From an uncultured Candidatus Saccharibacteria bacterium (GTDB lineage: Bacteria > Patescibacteriota > Dojkabacteria > SC72 > JAFGCJ01), in the NCBI GenBank assembly GCA_964481345.1, contig CAYZTC010000004.1, positions 5,731 through 69,730 on the forward strand: DNA of 64,000 bases, read 5' to 3'. The number at the start of each line of letters is the position of its first letter. The stretch's first letter is position 1. The position numbers were made by a program, and so were the translations under genes. This document shows positions 19,611-30,609 of this stretch, in pieces. Below the pieces are notes generated by a model. That model had not been told where the DNA came from, ran no database searches, and saw only the letters and a list, made by a program, of their open reading frames with translations.

Positions 19611-21041
19611 ATGAAAAAGGTTGCTCTAAAGATAAAGAACAGCAAATCGTCTTCGGTCGTAGCGAGTAAAATGGGTCATTCGTTTTCGAAGTATTCAACA
19701 CAATTAGCGATTACTTTGGTAATTATTCTTTCAATACTCGGGCTAGTATTTGTTTATCAGGGAAAAAAACGTAATGGGATTCTAATTGCTTCTGATGGAA
19801 TATTTACTATGTCTCCCTCCGGTACTTACCCTGCATTTCATCATGAAGGTAGTCATAACAGAACTTATATTGGTTACTATACTTCAGACGCAAAAGTTAA
19901 ACTTGTCTATTACGATGAGGATGAAAAAGAGTTAGGTGAGCCTGTGACCCTATGGTCAGATTGGGCAGAAGGTGATGATCATGCTGGGCCTTCAGTTTTG
20001 GTTCTCCAAAATCAAAAAGGAGAGAATTCAAAACACAACGGGAAGATACTTGCTGCCTCAACAGCAATTTTTTATGATCTTCCGGCACAGATTAGAAGGT
20101 CTACTTATTCAGAGAATATCTCGGAATGGGAAGAACCTGTCACATTTGATATACATGTAGAATATCCAACATTGATAGAACTTCAGGATGGTACGATATA
20201 TCTATTTTATGCAAAATACTCATTTCCTAGTAGTGGAGATAGATCACAGGTGTATATAATTAGTACAGATGCTGGAGAAATCTGGAGCGAGAGGCATCTT
20301 TTGTTTGAACCTTCGGGTGAAAGAAGGATATATGGAATATATTATTCAAATCCAGAAAAAGATGAGATTCATGCTATGTTTAATCTCTGTCCTGAAAATT
20401 ATATGTTCGGAAGCTGGTATAAGGATATCTATTATGCACAATACGATTTGGAAACTCAGAAATGGAGTAGAGCAGATGGTACTGAATATGAAACTCCTAT
20501 TACACCAGAGATCGGAGATTTGGTTTATGAGACGGATATGACGGAAGGAGAGGAAGATCATACTTGGTTGTCAGATATAAAAGTAGATGATTATAATAGT
20601 CCATATCTATTGTCTATCAATTTCAAGGATTATGGATCTTCCGGTCATAATCCTGGAAATAATCCTGGTTGGAAAGGCATAGTTCAGAGGCATAGTTTTC
20701 AGGATGGAGAATGGAAAACCGAAGTGATTAGTAAAAACGGTGCAGGTCAGTTTGGGTCATATTCTTATCCTGCGATGGCCATACTAGATGAGGATGATGT
20801 CGATACTGTATACCTGACTCCTTGTGATAATGAATATCGGACAAATCTACAGAAGTGGCAGAAAATTGATACAGAATGGACAAAAGTAGAAGATATAACT
20901 CGGGGGTCTTCAGGTTACAACTTCCGTCCAACCTTTGTTCGTAACGGAACAGACCTCAAGGTTCTATGGTGTTATACTGAAAAATATGAACATCACAAGG
21001 GTGGCCAGTGGGAGTCTATGATTTTTGCCTACCCAAAATAA
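19611..21041 (+). CDS. Membrane-anchored BNR/Asp-box beta-propeller protein (BNR_4-like)
   Basis: N-terminal TM; DDHAGPSV, EYP, STDAGEIWS Asp-box, W..ADG. Confidence 0.65.
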   Translation: MKKVALKIKNSKSSSVVASKMGHSFSKYSTQLAITLVIILSILGLVFVYQGKKRNGILIASDGIFTMSPSGTYPAFHHEGSHNRTYIGYYTSDAKVKLVYYDEDEKELGEPVTLWSDWAEGDDHAGPSVLVLQNQKGENSKHNGKILAASTAIFYDLPAQIRRSTYSENISEWEEPVTFDIHVEYPTLIELQDGTIYLFYAKYSFPSSGDRSQVYIISTDAGEIWSERHLLFEPSGERRIYGIYYSNPEKDEIHAMFNLCPENYMFGSWYKDIYYAQYDLETQKWSRADGTEYETPITPEIGDLVYETDMTEGEEDHTWLSDIKVDDYNSPYLLSINFKDYGSSGHNPGNNPGWKGIVQRHSFQDGEWKTEVISKNGAGQFGSYSYPAMAILDEDDVDTVYLTPCDNEYRTNLQKWQKIDTEWTKVEDITRGSSGYNFRPTFVRNGTDLKVLWCYTEKYEHHKGGQWESMIFAYPK

Positions 21042-21059
21042 TTTGAGTGTGATATCTTC

Positions 21060-22388
21060 ATGGCCCAAAAAATAGATATTGTAGTAGGGATTTGTGGACT
21101 TGGGTATGTAGGATATCCTGTGGCTATGCTTTTTGCGGATGCTGGTTTTAATGTAATCGGATTTGATATTCTTGAGGAAAGAGTTAAGAGGTTGAATAAA
21201 GGAGAAAATCTGATAAAAGGTCAGGAACCTGGTCTTGACGAATTGATTAAAAAGGTTTACAAGAAAGGAAATTTCAGGGCCACAAGTGATTTTGGAGAAT
21301 ATGGATTAGCAGACTACATAATTGTAGCTGTTCAGACCCCTGTGGCAGAGGAAAATAAGAAGCCGACATATAAGAACCTGAAGGTTGCATTGAAAAGTAT
21401 TGGAAAGAATATGAAAAAGGGTGTTACTGTAATAATTGAGTCAACCATTGCTCCTAAAACAATGGAACATGTCGTAGCACCGATTTTGGAAAAGGAATCA
21501 GGAATTAAGGCTGGGAAAGGGTTTTACTTGGTAAACTGTCCAGAGCGTCTTATGCCAGGACATCTTATTGAAAATATTACTTGTTACAACAGGGTGGTTG
21601 GTGGATGGACTCCAAAGTCTGCTCAAAATGTTATTGATCTATACAAAAATATTGTGAAAGGAGAACTTGAACCAACAGATTGTATTACTGCCGAGATTGT
21701 CAAGGCAGGTGAAAATACGTACAGAGATGTGCAGATTGCATTTGCAAATGAGCTAGCTCTTTTGTGTGAGGAGTATGGTTCAAATGTTTGGAAGGTAAGG
21801 GAGTTGATAAATAATTGTAAAAAGGTTACAGATACTAGGCTAGAAGCATTAAGACAGGTACATTTTCCAGGGGCAGGTGTAGGAGGACATTGCATTCCAA
21901 AAGATTCCTGGCTTCTGATCCATGAAGTGAGGGACATTGTGAACCCAAAGTTGATTCCCACAGCAAGATACATCAATGACTTTATGCCTATTCATGTGTA
22001 TGACTTGTTTAAAGACTCAGTTAAGGAAACTGGGAAAAAGCTAAAAAGTGTGAAAGTTGCTGTGCTTGGCTACGCCTATGATGCAAATTCAGATGATGAC
22101 AGAAATACTCCCACTGAGCCATTGATGAAGAAGTTAAGAAAGTCAGGAGTAAGGTTTGAAGTTCATGACACATATATTGCAAAATATCAAAAAGATTTGA
22201 AAAAGGTTTTGAAAAATAAAGATGCAATTATTTTGGTGACTGCCCATGATGAGTATAAGAAACTAAAATATAGTGGCATGCTGAGGCTGATGAAAAAGAA
22301 GCCAATAATAGTGGATGGGAGGAATGTGTTTGATAAGCCAAAAGCTCAAAAAAGAGGCTTTGTGTATAAAGGGGTGGGGAATGTATAA
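21060..22388 (+). CDS. UDP-N-acetylhexosamine 6-dehydrogenase (WbpA/WecC-like)
   Basis: GLGYVG, VQTP, IEST, PERLMPG, ENTYRDVQIAFANEL, PGAGVGGHCIPKD. Confidence 0.92.
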   Translation: MAQKIDIVVGICGLGYVGYPVAMLFADAGFNVIGFDILEERVKRLNKGENLIKGQEPGLDELIKKVYKKGNFRATSDFGEYGLADYIIVAVQTPVAEENKKPTYKNLKVALKSIGKNMKKGVTVIIESTIAPKTMEHVVAPILEKESGIKAGKGFYLVNCPERLMPGHLIENITCYNRVVGGWTPKSAQNVIDLYKNIVKGELEPTDCITAEIVKAGENTYRDVQIAFANELALLCEEYGSNVWKVRELINNCKKVTDTRLEALRQVHFPGAGVGGHCIPKDSWLLIHEVRDIVNPKLIPTARYINDFMPIHVYDLFKDSVKETGKKLKSVKVAVLGYAYDANSDDDRNTPTEPLMKKLRKSGVRFEVHDTYIAKYQKDLKKVLKNKDAIILVTAHDEYKKLKYSGMLRLMKKKPIIVDGRNVFDKPKAQKRGFVYKGVGNV

Positions 22389-22401
22389 TTACTAACAACT
22401 A

Positions 22402-24444
22402 ATGAAAATCAGCCAACAGGATAAATCTAAAAGTATATTGTCAGTTTTTGAGTGTTTTCTGCTATACATATGTTCAGTTAGTATAGTAAATGTTATTCTT
22501 CTTTCTCTCGGATTTTTTTATCTAGTCTTATCCTTAGTTATTTCCCTTATCCTTATTGTAATGGGATTTCTGTTCTTCAAAATTAAGGTCTCGTTTTCTG
22601 ACAATCGTTTCTCACTTGTTTTTCTAGGAATTCTTGTTATAGCTTTATTTTTGAGATGGAATCCTAATCTATATCTCACTGGAGGTCAGGACCAAGGTAC
22701 ATATGTGTCATTGTCAAAGCAATATGAGATTAATCATAGTCTTTATATTAAAGATGAGTTTAGAGAATCTCTGACAACAGAAGCACGGAAATTGTACGAT
22801 AGAGGAAATATTTTTCTTGGAATTAATATGAGGGATAGAGAGGATTCTACTTATCTGATGCCGTTTTATCCAGTATTTCCATCGTGGATGTCTACTTTTG
22901 CGACAATGTTTGGATCTGATAATCGTGTATATGCACTGACAATGTTTAGTATTTTATCAATAGTTGCGACCTATTTATTTGCATATGAGATATCCAATAG
23001 AAACAAAAAGGTGGGATTGCTAGCTGCTTTTCTTATGGCAATTAACCCTTTACATGTATACTTTTCGAGAGTACCAGTAACAGAGATTGTATCTCTAACG
23101 TTCCTGTTGTTTTCCTTGTATTTTTTGACTAGATTTTACAACGATTACAAGGAGGGGATTACAAGAAAATATTCATTAGTATTGTCTTTGTTATGTGCAA
23201 ATGTACTTTTCTACACTAGGATGAATGCAATATTTTTCCTTCCAATAATCATTCTTATTCCAATCCTTTCAAACCTATTCAACAAAGATAAAGAGCTTAC
23301 GAAGTATCTAAAAGTATATTCAATAGGTTGGGTTGTCACACTTTTATTATCATTTCTGTATTACAAAATATTTCTTCCCTATCTATTCAACCTTATAGTA
23401 GGAAAACGTCTTCTCAATTATTTTGACTCCCCAATATTCTTGACGACTTTTATATCCTTGGTTTTATTATTGATAGGATTTTTGTCTTTCAAGAAGACAA
23501 AGAAGATTGTAAAAAGCATGATTTCTTTTTTTTATAATAAACTTTCTTGGATTTCAATTTCGATATTTGGTGGACTTATTCTCTATGGACTATATTTTTA
23601 TGTTAAAGAAATATTTATTGATAATGGTCATGAGTTACTTTCATTTGATAGTCTGTCCTATCTGAAACAACTTAGTTTCCTGGCGACTTTTCTTTATCTA
23701 TCTCCAATTGGATTTGTCTTGTTACCTGTTTCATTTGCTTATTTGATGAAGAAAAGGGATGTTAAGGTAAGCCTTTTGATAGTGTCGATCCTGGGTTTTC
23801 TGGTGTACTGCTGGGGAATTTTGAGATTAACTCAGTACCACTACTACTTTGCCAGATACCAGTTAAGCGAGCTAATACCTTTGGGTACGATTTTAATTTC
23901 TGTTTTCTTGGTGGATATTTCGAAAAAGAAAATTGGGAAAATAATGTTACTTTTTACTGTCGTTTTTTCGACTTTGTATTTTGGCTATTTTTCGATATTG
24001 CAGATGAGAGATTATGAGGGGGCAGATAGATCAACTTACGAATATTTGGATGAAATAGTTGGAGAAGAAGACTTACTTATTGTTCCAAGGAATGAATTTA
24101 TGTCTTTCAACCAAGTGATTTTTCCTCTGAAATACTATTATGGTTTAGATGTAATGACCCTTTATAAATTGAGTGATATTGAAAAACCATCGATCGTCAA
24201 TATGCATAAAAGTGCTGAAAATACCTACATTCTTACTAAACTCGGTGATATTGAGGGAAAAAGAATTAAACTTGTGAAAGAAATTGATTTTAAGCATAAT
24301 TACTTCGTTCATTGCAATAGAAATGAGGATGCATTTTTTGAAATGAAGGGACATTCTAAGGATATACCTTTTTGCGAATATATTGTAATTCCCAATAGGT
24401 TTTACTATGGTTCATATGATGCATATTTGTTTCGTTGGGAATAG
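22402..24444 (+). CDS. GT-C fold (ArnT/PMT-like) multi-TM glycosyltransferase
   Basis: Many TMs; GGQDQGTYV luminal acidic motif, P.FYPVFP, NPLHVYFSR..TE, ARY; C-terminal soluble domain. Confidence 0.7.
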   Translation: MKISQQDKSKSILSVFECFLLYICSVSIVNVILLSLGFFYLVLSLVISLILIVMGFLFFKIKVSFSDNRFSLVFLGILVIALFLRWNPNLYLTGGQDQGTYVSLSKQYEINHSLYIKDEFRESLTTEARKLYDRGNIFLGINMRDREDSTYLMPFYPVFPSWMSTFATMFGSDNRVYALTMFSILSIVATYLFAYEISNRNKKVGLLAAFLMAINPLHVYFSRVPVTEIVSLTFLLFSLYFLTRFYNDYKEGITRKYSLVLSLLCANVLFYTRMNAIFFLPIIILIPILSNLFNKDKELTKYLKVYSIGWVVTLLLSFLYYKIFLPYLFNLIVGKRLLNYFDSPIFLTTFISLVLLLIGFLSFKKTKKIVKSMISFFYNKLSWISISIFGGLILYGLYFYVKEIFIDNGHELLSFDSLSYLKQLSFLATFLYLSPIGFVLLPVSFAYLMKKRDVKVSLLIVSILGFLVYCWGILRLTQYHYYFARYQLSELIPLGTILISVFLVDISKKKIGKIMLLFTVVFSTLYFGYFSILQMRDYEGADRSTYEYLDEIVGEEDLLIVPRNEFMSFNQVIFPLKYYYGLDVMTLYKLSDIEKPSIVNMHKSAENTYILTKLGDIEGKRIKLVKEIDFKHNYFVHCNRNEDAFFEMKGHSKDIPFCEYIVIPNRFYYGSYDAYLFRWE

Positions 24445-24470
24445 AGGAATAAGTTGATATAATAGCGAGG

Positions 24471-25565
24471 ATGCTAAAAAAGAAAATAATTGCAGTAGTT
24501 GTACCTGCGTACAATGAAGAAAAGCAAATAGGGAGAGTCATTGAAAGTATGCCAGATTTTGTGGATAGGATCGTTGTCGTTAATGATAATTCTATAGATA
24601 AGACGGCAAAGGTTGTTGAAAAATATATTAGAGATGATAGGTCTAAGGTTCGAAGTCTTAACCATAGTAAAAAGATTGTTCCCAATAGATATAACCGAGC
24701 AGAAGTTGTAGCAGAGGAAATATTAAAAGAGGAAACCGGGTTGTATATCCCATCTAAGGTTTTCAATAAAGACCCTAAGAATTCAAGAATTATCCTTATT
24801 AATCATTTGAAAAATGGATCAGTAGGATCTTCGATAGCTACTGGTTATAAATGGTGTCTTGATAACAATATTGACTGTAGTGCAGTTATGGCAGGAGATG
24901 GGCAGATGGATCCAAGTGAGCTGGAATCAATCTGTAGGCCAGTCGTTGAAGGTGAAGTGGATTATGTGAAAGGAAATCGTCTGAAGCATAGATCCGCAAG
25001 TCTTGTCATTCCCAAAATTAGATTTTTGGGTAATTCTGTTCTTTCCCTTCTGACAAAGATTGCAAGTGGATACTGGAAGGTATCGGATACTCAGACTGGA
25101 TATACTGCAATTTCTCTAAATGCGTTAAAAGGGATCAGGATATATGATATTTATAAGTCATATGGCTGCCCAAATGATATTCTTGTGAAGCTTAACATTG
25201 CAAACTTTGAGATAAAAGAGATACCGATAAAACCAGTGTATGAGGTAGGAGAGGAGTCTAAAATGAGAGTATTCAAAGTTATTCCGAAAATAAGCTGGTT
25301 GCTATTTAGGTTGTTCTGGAAAAGACTCTATAAAAAGTACTTATTTAGAGACTTTCATCCATTATTCTTTCTTTATCACTTGGCGATATTGTTGTTAGTG
25401 GTCAATATTCCATATGCATTAGCTGTCTTTACTGACTTTACTGGAGGTGGAAAGGTGTCTACTAACTCCATGATCGCATTTATGTTCCTCTCGATTAGTG
25501 GATTTCAGTCATTGTTTTTTGCAATGTGGATGGACATGATGGATAACGAAAGTTTACAGAAATAA
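24471..25565 (+). CDS. Glycosyltransferase family 2 (polyprenol-phosphate sugar synthase-like)
   Basis: VVVPAYNEE, VNDNSID, MAGDGQMD, KGNR, DTQTGY; two C-terminal TMs; ~45 aa insertion after the first motifs. Confidence 0.88.
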   Translation: MLKKKIIAVVVPAYNEEKQIGRVIESMPDFVDRIVVVNDNSIDKTAKVVEKYIRDDRSKVRSLNHSKKIVPNRYNRAEVVAEEILKEETGLYIPSKVFNKDPKNSRIILINHLKNGSVGSSIATGYKWCLDNNIDCSAVMAGDGQMDPSELESICRPVVEGEVDYVKGNRLKHRSASLVIPKIRFLGNSVLSLLTKIASGYWKVSDTQTGYTAISLNALKGIRIYDIYKSYGCPNDILVKLNIANFEIKEIPIKPVYEVGEESKMRVFKVIPKISWLLFRLFWKRLYKKYLFRDFHPLFFLYHLAILLLVVNIPYALAVFTDFTGGGKVSTNSMIAFMFLSISGFQSLFFAMWMDMMDNESLQK

Positions 25566-25586
25566 TTTGTTATTCTGTGGAAAACT

Positions 25587-27440
25587 ATGTGTGGTATTTG
25601 TGGTGAGGTTTATTATAAAAAGAAAAAACTGAGCTCATCTGGGATAAAAGTCATGATGAAATCTATAAAGCACAGAGGTCCCGATGGGGAAGGACATTTT
25701 ATTGATAGAAATGTTTCTCTTGGTCATGTACGGCTGAGTGTTATCGACACATCAAAGAATGCTAGTCAGCCAATGTTCTCAAAAGATGGTCGGTACGTAA
25801 TAATTTTTAATGGAGAAATTTATAATTATCAAGATATAAAGGAAAAATTATTGGTAAAAGGGTATAGATTCAAGTCATCATCTGATACAGAAGTTTTGTT
25901 AAAGTCATACATTGAGTGGGGAAGGAATTGCCTCAAAAGGTGTAATGGTGTATTTAGCTTTGTAGTATACGATAAACAAAATCGCATGATATTTGCTGCA
26001 AGAGACAGGTTTGGAATCAAGCCGTTTTATTATTATATAGACTCGGACAAGTTTTTGTTTGGGTCAGAAATAAAGGCAATACTTACAGACTCTTCTATAA
26101 AAAGGGAAGTTGATGAGGGGATGCTATATGAATTTTTAGTCTTTAATAGGACAGATCATTCTGTTAGAACGTGTTTTAGGAATATAAAAAATTTAAGACC
26201 AGGTCACTATTTAAATTTAAATAGTGCAACGGGGAAACACAAAATATATAAATGGTATCATCTTCCCCAAATTAAGAATGGTGATCGAGACATAAGCTAT
26301 TACTCAAGGAAACTTAGGAAAAAGCTCAAGGAAAGTGTTAGTTTACATATGGTGAGCGATGTTCCTGTGGGTGTGGCATTATCAGGAGGTCTTGACTCAT
26401 CGGTTGTAGCCGCTCTCATGAAGAATAATCTTGGTCGTAAGGTTAAATTGCATAGTTTCTCCGCCGTATATGCTAAAAGTTGGGAAAAGAATGAAAAGAA
26501 GTATATACATGAAGTTGGAGAGTATCTTAACTTGTCCACTCACTACGCAAAACCTACGGCAAAAGGGTTATTGAATAAATTAGATGATTTAATATATTGT
26601 CAAGAGGAACCATTTCATAGTGCGTCTATTTTTGCAGGATGGTGTGTGTACAAAAAGGCTAGTGAGTCAAGGATAAAAGTAATTCTTAATGGGCAAGGGT
26701 CTGATGAAATTTTTGGTTATGATTACATGGCGGCATTTTATTTTTTTGAGTTGTTAAAGTCATTTAGAATATTAAGTTTAATTAAAGAAATAGTTTTATT
26801 TTGGAAGAAGCAAAAATTTGGAAGAGTATTTACTATGCAATTGTTTGTGTTTCTGATATCTCCCAAGTTTATGAAAAATCTTTTAATGTCTACTTCTGCC
26901 TCGATTGTTGCTAAGGAATTTTTCAATAAAAATAGAGACCTTAGTAATTTTTACAACATTTTTTTTAATGTTAAATCTCTTAATGAATCGGTACAGAACC
27001 ACCTACTTTATAAGTTGAATCATTTATTAAGGGTTGACGATAAGAACTCAATGAGACATTCTGTTGAGTCTAGAGTACCTTATTTAGAAAAGGAGTTGAT
27101 AAAATTTGCTTTTAGTATTCCCTCTAATAAGAAGATAAAAAATGGAGAGAGTAAGTACGTACTAAAGGATGCTATGAAAATTTTTGTGCCCAAGAGGATA
27201 TATCAGAGAAACGATAAAATAGGATTTGATATCCCAATGGATAGTTGGTTTAGAAAAAGGGAGTTTGTGAAATACATTGATTATATGTTGAAGGCAAAAT
27301 ATCAACCAATGAATAAGTATTTGAACCTAGAATACATTAGAAAGAAGTGGGATCTTCATAAGAAGAAAAAAGAAAATAACGGGAAGATAATATGGAAATA
27401 TATATTTCTAACGAGATGGTATAAGATTTTTTTTGATTGA
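25587..27440 (+). CDS. asnB: Asparagine synthase-like glutamine amidotransferase (sugar amidation)
   Basis: MCGI, HRGPD, RLSVID, NGEIYN, RDRFGIKP, LSGGLDSS, GQGSDE, SVESRVPYL. Confidence 0.93.
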   Translation: MCGICGEVYYKKKKLSSSGIKVMMKSIKHRGPDGEGHFIDRNVSLGHVRLSVIDTSKNASQPMFSKDGRYVIIFNGEIYNYQDIKEKLLVKGYRFKSSSDTEVLLKSYIEWGRNCLKRCNGVFSFVVYDKQNRMIFAARDRFGIKPFYYYIDSDKFLFGSEIKAILTDSSIKREVDEGMLYEFLVFNRTDHSVRTCFRNIKNLRPGHYLNLNSATGKHKIYKWYHLPQIKNGDRDISYYSRKLRKKLKESVSLHMVSDVPVGVALSGGLDSSVVAALMKNNLGRKVKLHSFSAVYAKSWEKNEKKYIHEVGEYLNLSTHYAKPTAKGLLNKLDDLIYCQEEPFHSASIFAGWCVYKKASESRIKVILNGQGSDEIFGYDYMAAFYFFELLKSFRILSLIKEIVLFWKKQKFGRVFTMQLFVFLISPKFMKNLLMSTSASIVAKEFFNKNRDLSNFYNIFFNVKSLNESVQNHLLYKLNHLLRVDDKNSMRHSVESRVPYLEKELIKFAFSIPSNKKIKNGESKYVLKDAMKIFVPKRIYQRNDKIGFDIPMDSWFRKREFVKYIDYMLKAKYQPMNKYLNLEYIRKKWDLHKKKKENNGKIIWKYIFLTRWYKIFFD

Positions 27441-27515
27441 TTTTCTTAGTTATATGTATGAACATGACGGATAATAGGAGACTGAAAAAATAATTTTAAG
27501 ACTTGTATTAATCTG

Positions 27516-29480
27516 ATGTGTGGGATATTAGGTTTTGTCAAAAAAGAGAACTCAAAGGTAGATGAGATAGGTACAGAGAATTTACTAAAACATCTTTATT
27601 CTTTTTCTGAAAGTAGAGGGCATGATTCTTCGGGTATAGCCGTATTGAGAGGTAAGGATATTTTTGTAAATAAGAGAGCATTACCAGCGTCAAAGTATAT
27701 AAACACAAAGGCCTATAAAAAACTGCTAAAAAATTCGAAAGGTATTAAAGCTGTTATTGCACATGCCAGGATGGAAACAAATGGATCTTTCTCAGAGAGC
27801 ATTAATAATCAGCCAGTGGTTAAAGATGGTTTAGTTACGGTACACAATGGAATAATTGTAAACAATAAGGAGTTATGGAAAAGAATTCCTCAAATTAAAA
27901 GGAAGTTTGATATTAATACTGAAGTATTCAATTCTTTAGTAGGTTACTATCTAAAGAAGGAGAAAAACCTCTTCAAATGTGTAGAAAAAACTTTAAAAGT
28001 ATTAGAAGGATCATATTCCTTTGCAACACTTTTTGAAAAGTATAACTATCTGTTCCTAGCAACTAATACAGGCTCACTTTACTATATTAAAGAAGAGGAT
28101 TACTTAATATTTGCTTCTGAGTATGAATTTCTTAATTCATTGGTAGAAAAGTATTCCTCAATAGTGGAGGGTGCAGAGATTTTACAATTGAAGCCAAGGA
28201 CATTTCTGTTTGTAAATATTAACAATATATCAGTAGATACTAAGAACGTTGAGGAAAAGTCTCGAAGTATTAATATGGTAAATATTCTTGAAGAAGAGAA
28301 GACCTTGAGGATCCGAAATGTATCTATGAGCACTAGCGAAATATCAAAAATTACGAAGTATGTAGAATCAGAATACAAAAGAAGATTAAAAAAGATAAAG
28401 AATCTCAGAAGGTGTACAAAGTGTATATTACCTGAGACTATGCCTTTTATAGAGTTTGATAATGATGGAGTGTGCAACTATTGTAGAAATTACAAGAAGA
28501 TTGAACATCAAGGGAAAGAAGAGTTAGAAAACGTATTGTCGAAATATAGAAGAGACGATGGTAAACCTGATTGTATAATGGCTTTTAGTGGGGGTAGGGA
28601 TAGTAGTTACGCATTACATTATTTGAAGAAAGTGATGGGGATGAATCCTGTCGCTTATTCTTATGACTGGGGAATGATAACTGAATTGGGGAGAAGAAAT
28701 CAAGCTAGAATGACGGGTGTGTTGGGGGTGGAACATATATTAATATCTGCAGACATTCAGAGGAAGAGAGAAAATATTAGGATGAATGTCAACGCTTGGT
28801 TGAAAAGGCCTAACCTTGGTACAGTCCCGTTATTTATGGCAGGAGATAAACAGTATTTTTATTATGCAAAGGTCCTAAGTAAACAAATGGGTTTAGATTT
28901 GGTCATACTTAGTGAAAATCTTATGGAGGTTACTAACTTTAAAACAGGGTTTTGTGGAATAAAACCAAAGCTGATAGAGGGTAAAAAGTTTTATGCATTA
29001 TCTTCAGCGTCTATTCTTAGGTTATTGTTCTTTTATAGTAAAGAATGCATTCTGAATCCTTCATACATAAATAGGTCATTGCTGGATAGCCTGGGTGCGT
29101 TTGGCTCATTTTATGTGATGCCTCATAGGTTGCTTTCTTTGTATTCCTATATCCCTTGGGACGAACGAGAGGTTGAGGATGTTCTTCTTAATAAGTATAA
29201 CTGGGAAATTGCAGAAGATACTGAAACCACGTGGAGAATAGGTGATGGTACTGTATCTTTCTACAACTATATTTACTATATGATTTCGGGTTTTTCGGAA
29301 ATTGATACGTTTAGAAGTAATCAAATCAGAGAAGGTCATCTAAGTCGAAGGGAAGCTTTGACTAAGGCAGAAAAGGAAAATAGACCGAGGGTTGATTCCC
29401 TAATATGGTATACGGATATCATAGGGGTGAATTTATTTCAGGCATTGAAGAAAATTAATTCAGTTGAAACACTGTACTAG
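27516..29480 (+). CDS. Class II glutamine amidotransferase fused to a WbpG-like N-acetyl-sugar amidotransferase (PP-loop)
   Basis: MCGI..ESRGHDSSG..HAR..HNGIIVN, then RCTKCILPET..CNYC and AFSGGRDSSY. Confidence 0.82.
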   Translation: MCGILGFVKKENSKVDEIGTENLLKHLYSFSESRGHDSSGIAVLRGKDIFVNKRALPASKYINTKAYKKLLKNSKGIKAVIAHARMETNGSFSESINNQPVVKDGLVTVHNGIIVNNKELWKRIPQIKRKFDINTEVFNSLVGYYLKKEKNLFKCVEKTLKVLEGSYSFATLFEKYNYLFLATNTGSLYYIKEEDYLIFASEYEFLNSLVEKYSSIVEGAEILQLKPRTFLFVNINNISVDTKNVEEKSRSINMVNILEEEKTLRIRNVSMSTSEISKITKYVESEYKRRLKKIKNLRRCTKCILPETMPFIEFDNDGVCNYCRNYKKIEHQGKEELENVLSKYRRDDGKPDCIMAFSGGRDSSYALHYLKKVMGMNPVAYSYDWGMITELGRRNQARMTGVLGVEHILISADIQRKRENIRMNVNAWLKRPNLGTVPLFMAGDKQYFYYAKVLSKQMGLDLVILSENLMEVTNFKTGFCGIKPKLIEGKKFYALSSASILRLLFFYSKECILNPSYINRSLLDSLGAFGSFYVMPHRLLSLYSYIPWDEREVEDVLLNKYNWEIAEDTETTWRIGDGTVSFYNYIYYMISGFSEIDTFRSNQIREGHLSRREALTKAEKENRPRVDSLIWYTDIIGVNLFQALKKINSVETLY

Positions 29481-29481
29481 C

Positions 29482-30609
29482 ATGAAGAAATTAATTAACA
29501 TACTTTTTAATGATTTTACAAGTGATAACAGAGTCTTTAAGGAGTCTGTTAGCTTATTTAAAAATGGGTTTGATGTTGAGTTAGTAGCTACTAGATTTGA
29601 TAGGAACCTTCCTGTAAACGAAAACATCCAAGGTATAAGGATTAGGAGAGTTTCTGTAGGGGGTTTTAAATTTCTTCCCATTAATCTGATTTTATTTTGG
29701 CTTAATGTTATAAAGCTTTACAGAAAAGAGAGGCTATTCCATTGCAATGATCTTTATGCTTTACCTCCTGCTTTTGTAGTAAAAAGGCTTTTTAATAGAG
29801 ATACAAAGATAATATATGATTGTCATGAGCATGAAACGGAGGCAGGTATATATGTTGGTAATCCTGTGTTAAAGTTTTTTGCTAAAATATTTGAGAAGAT
29901 TATGATTAAGTCTGCTGATAAAGTGATTACTGTTAGTGAATCAATAGCGAATGATTATGTAAGTATGTACGGTATAGAAAAGCCTCTTTTGGTTATGAAT
30001 TGTCCTAGATATAGAACGTATGAGAGATTTGATTTGTTTAGAAAAGAGTTAAAGATACCTGGTGACAAGATTATTATTCTTTATCAAGGGGAGTATCTCA
30101 AGGGTAGAGGGGTTGAAAATCTTGTTGAAGTCTTTCAAAAACTAGAGACTCTTAATAAGAAGATAGTTTTGGTTCTATTGACTTACGGAGATGATATTGA
30201 AGATCTGAAAAAAATTATTAAAAATTCGAAAAATATCTATTGGCATGATAGAGTATCAGTTTTGGAGTATATGAATTATGTAGCATCAGCGGATTGGGGG
30301 ATATTGTTACTAGAAAACACATGTAAAAATTCTGACTTTTCACTGGCTAATAAGTTTTTTGACTACATTGCAGGAGATTTACCGGTAATTGTATCCGATT
30401 TGAAAGAGATGTCTGATTTTATTGGTAAGTATAGAATTGGTTATGTTGTTGATCCTCAGAATATTGAGGAGATTGTAAATTTGCTTAAAGATTTTGATAA
30501 GGATACGAAGAAAGAATTTCTTCTCAACTTAAAAAGTGTAGCTAAAAAATACTGTTGGGAAGAGCAAGAAAAAGTATTATTTGAGATATATAAAGAATTT
30601 AGATCATGA
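29482..30609 (+). CDS. Glycosyltransferase family 4
   Basis: DNRVFKE, HCND, YDCHE, NKFFDYIAGDLPVIVSD. Confidence 0.88.
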   Translation: MKKLINILFNDFTSDNRVFKESVSLFKNGFDVELVATRFDRNLPVNENIQGIRIRRVSVGGFKFLPINLILFWLNVIKLYRKERLFHCNDLYALPPAFVVKRLFNRDTKIIYDCHEHETEAGIYVGNPVLKFFAKIFEKIMIKSADKVITVSESIANDYVSMYGIEKPLLVMNCPRYRTYERFDLFRKELKIPGDKIIILYQGEYLKGRGVENLVEVFQKLETLNKKIVLVLLTYGDDIEDLKKIIKNSKNIYWHDRVSVLEYMNYVASADWGILLLENTCKNSDFSLANKFFDYIAGDLPVIVSDLKEMSDFIGKYRIGYVVDPQNIEEIVNLLKDFDKDTKKEFLLNLKSVAKKYCWEEQEKVLFEIYKEFRS

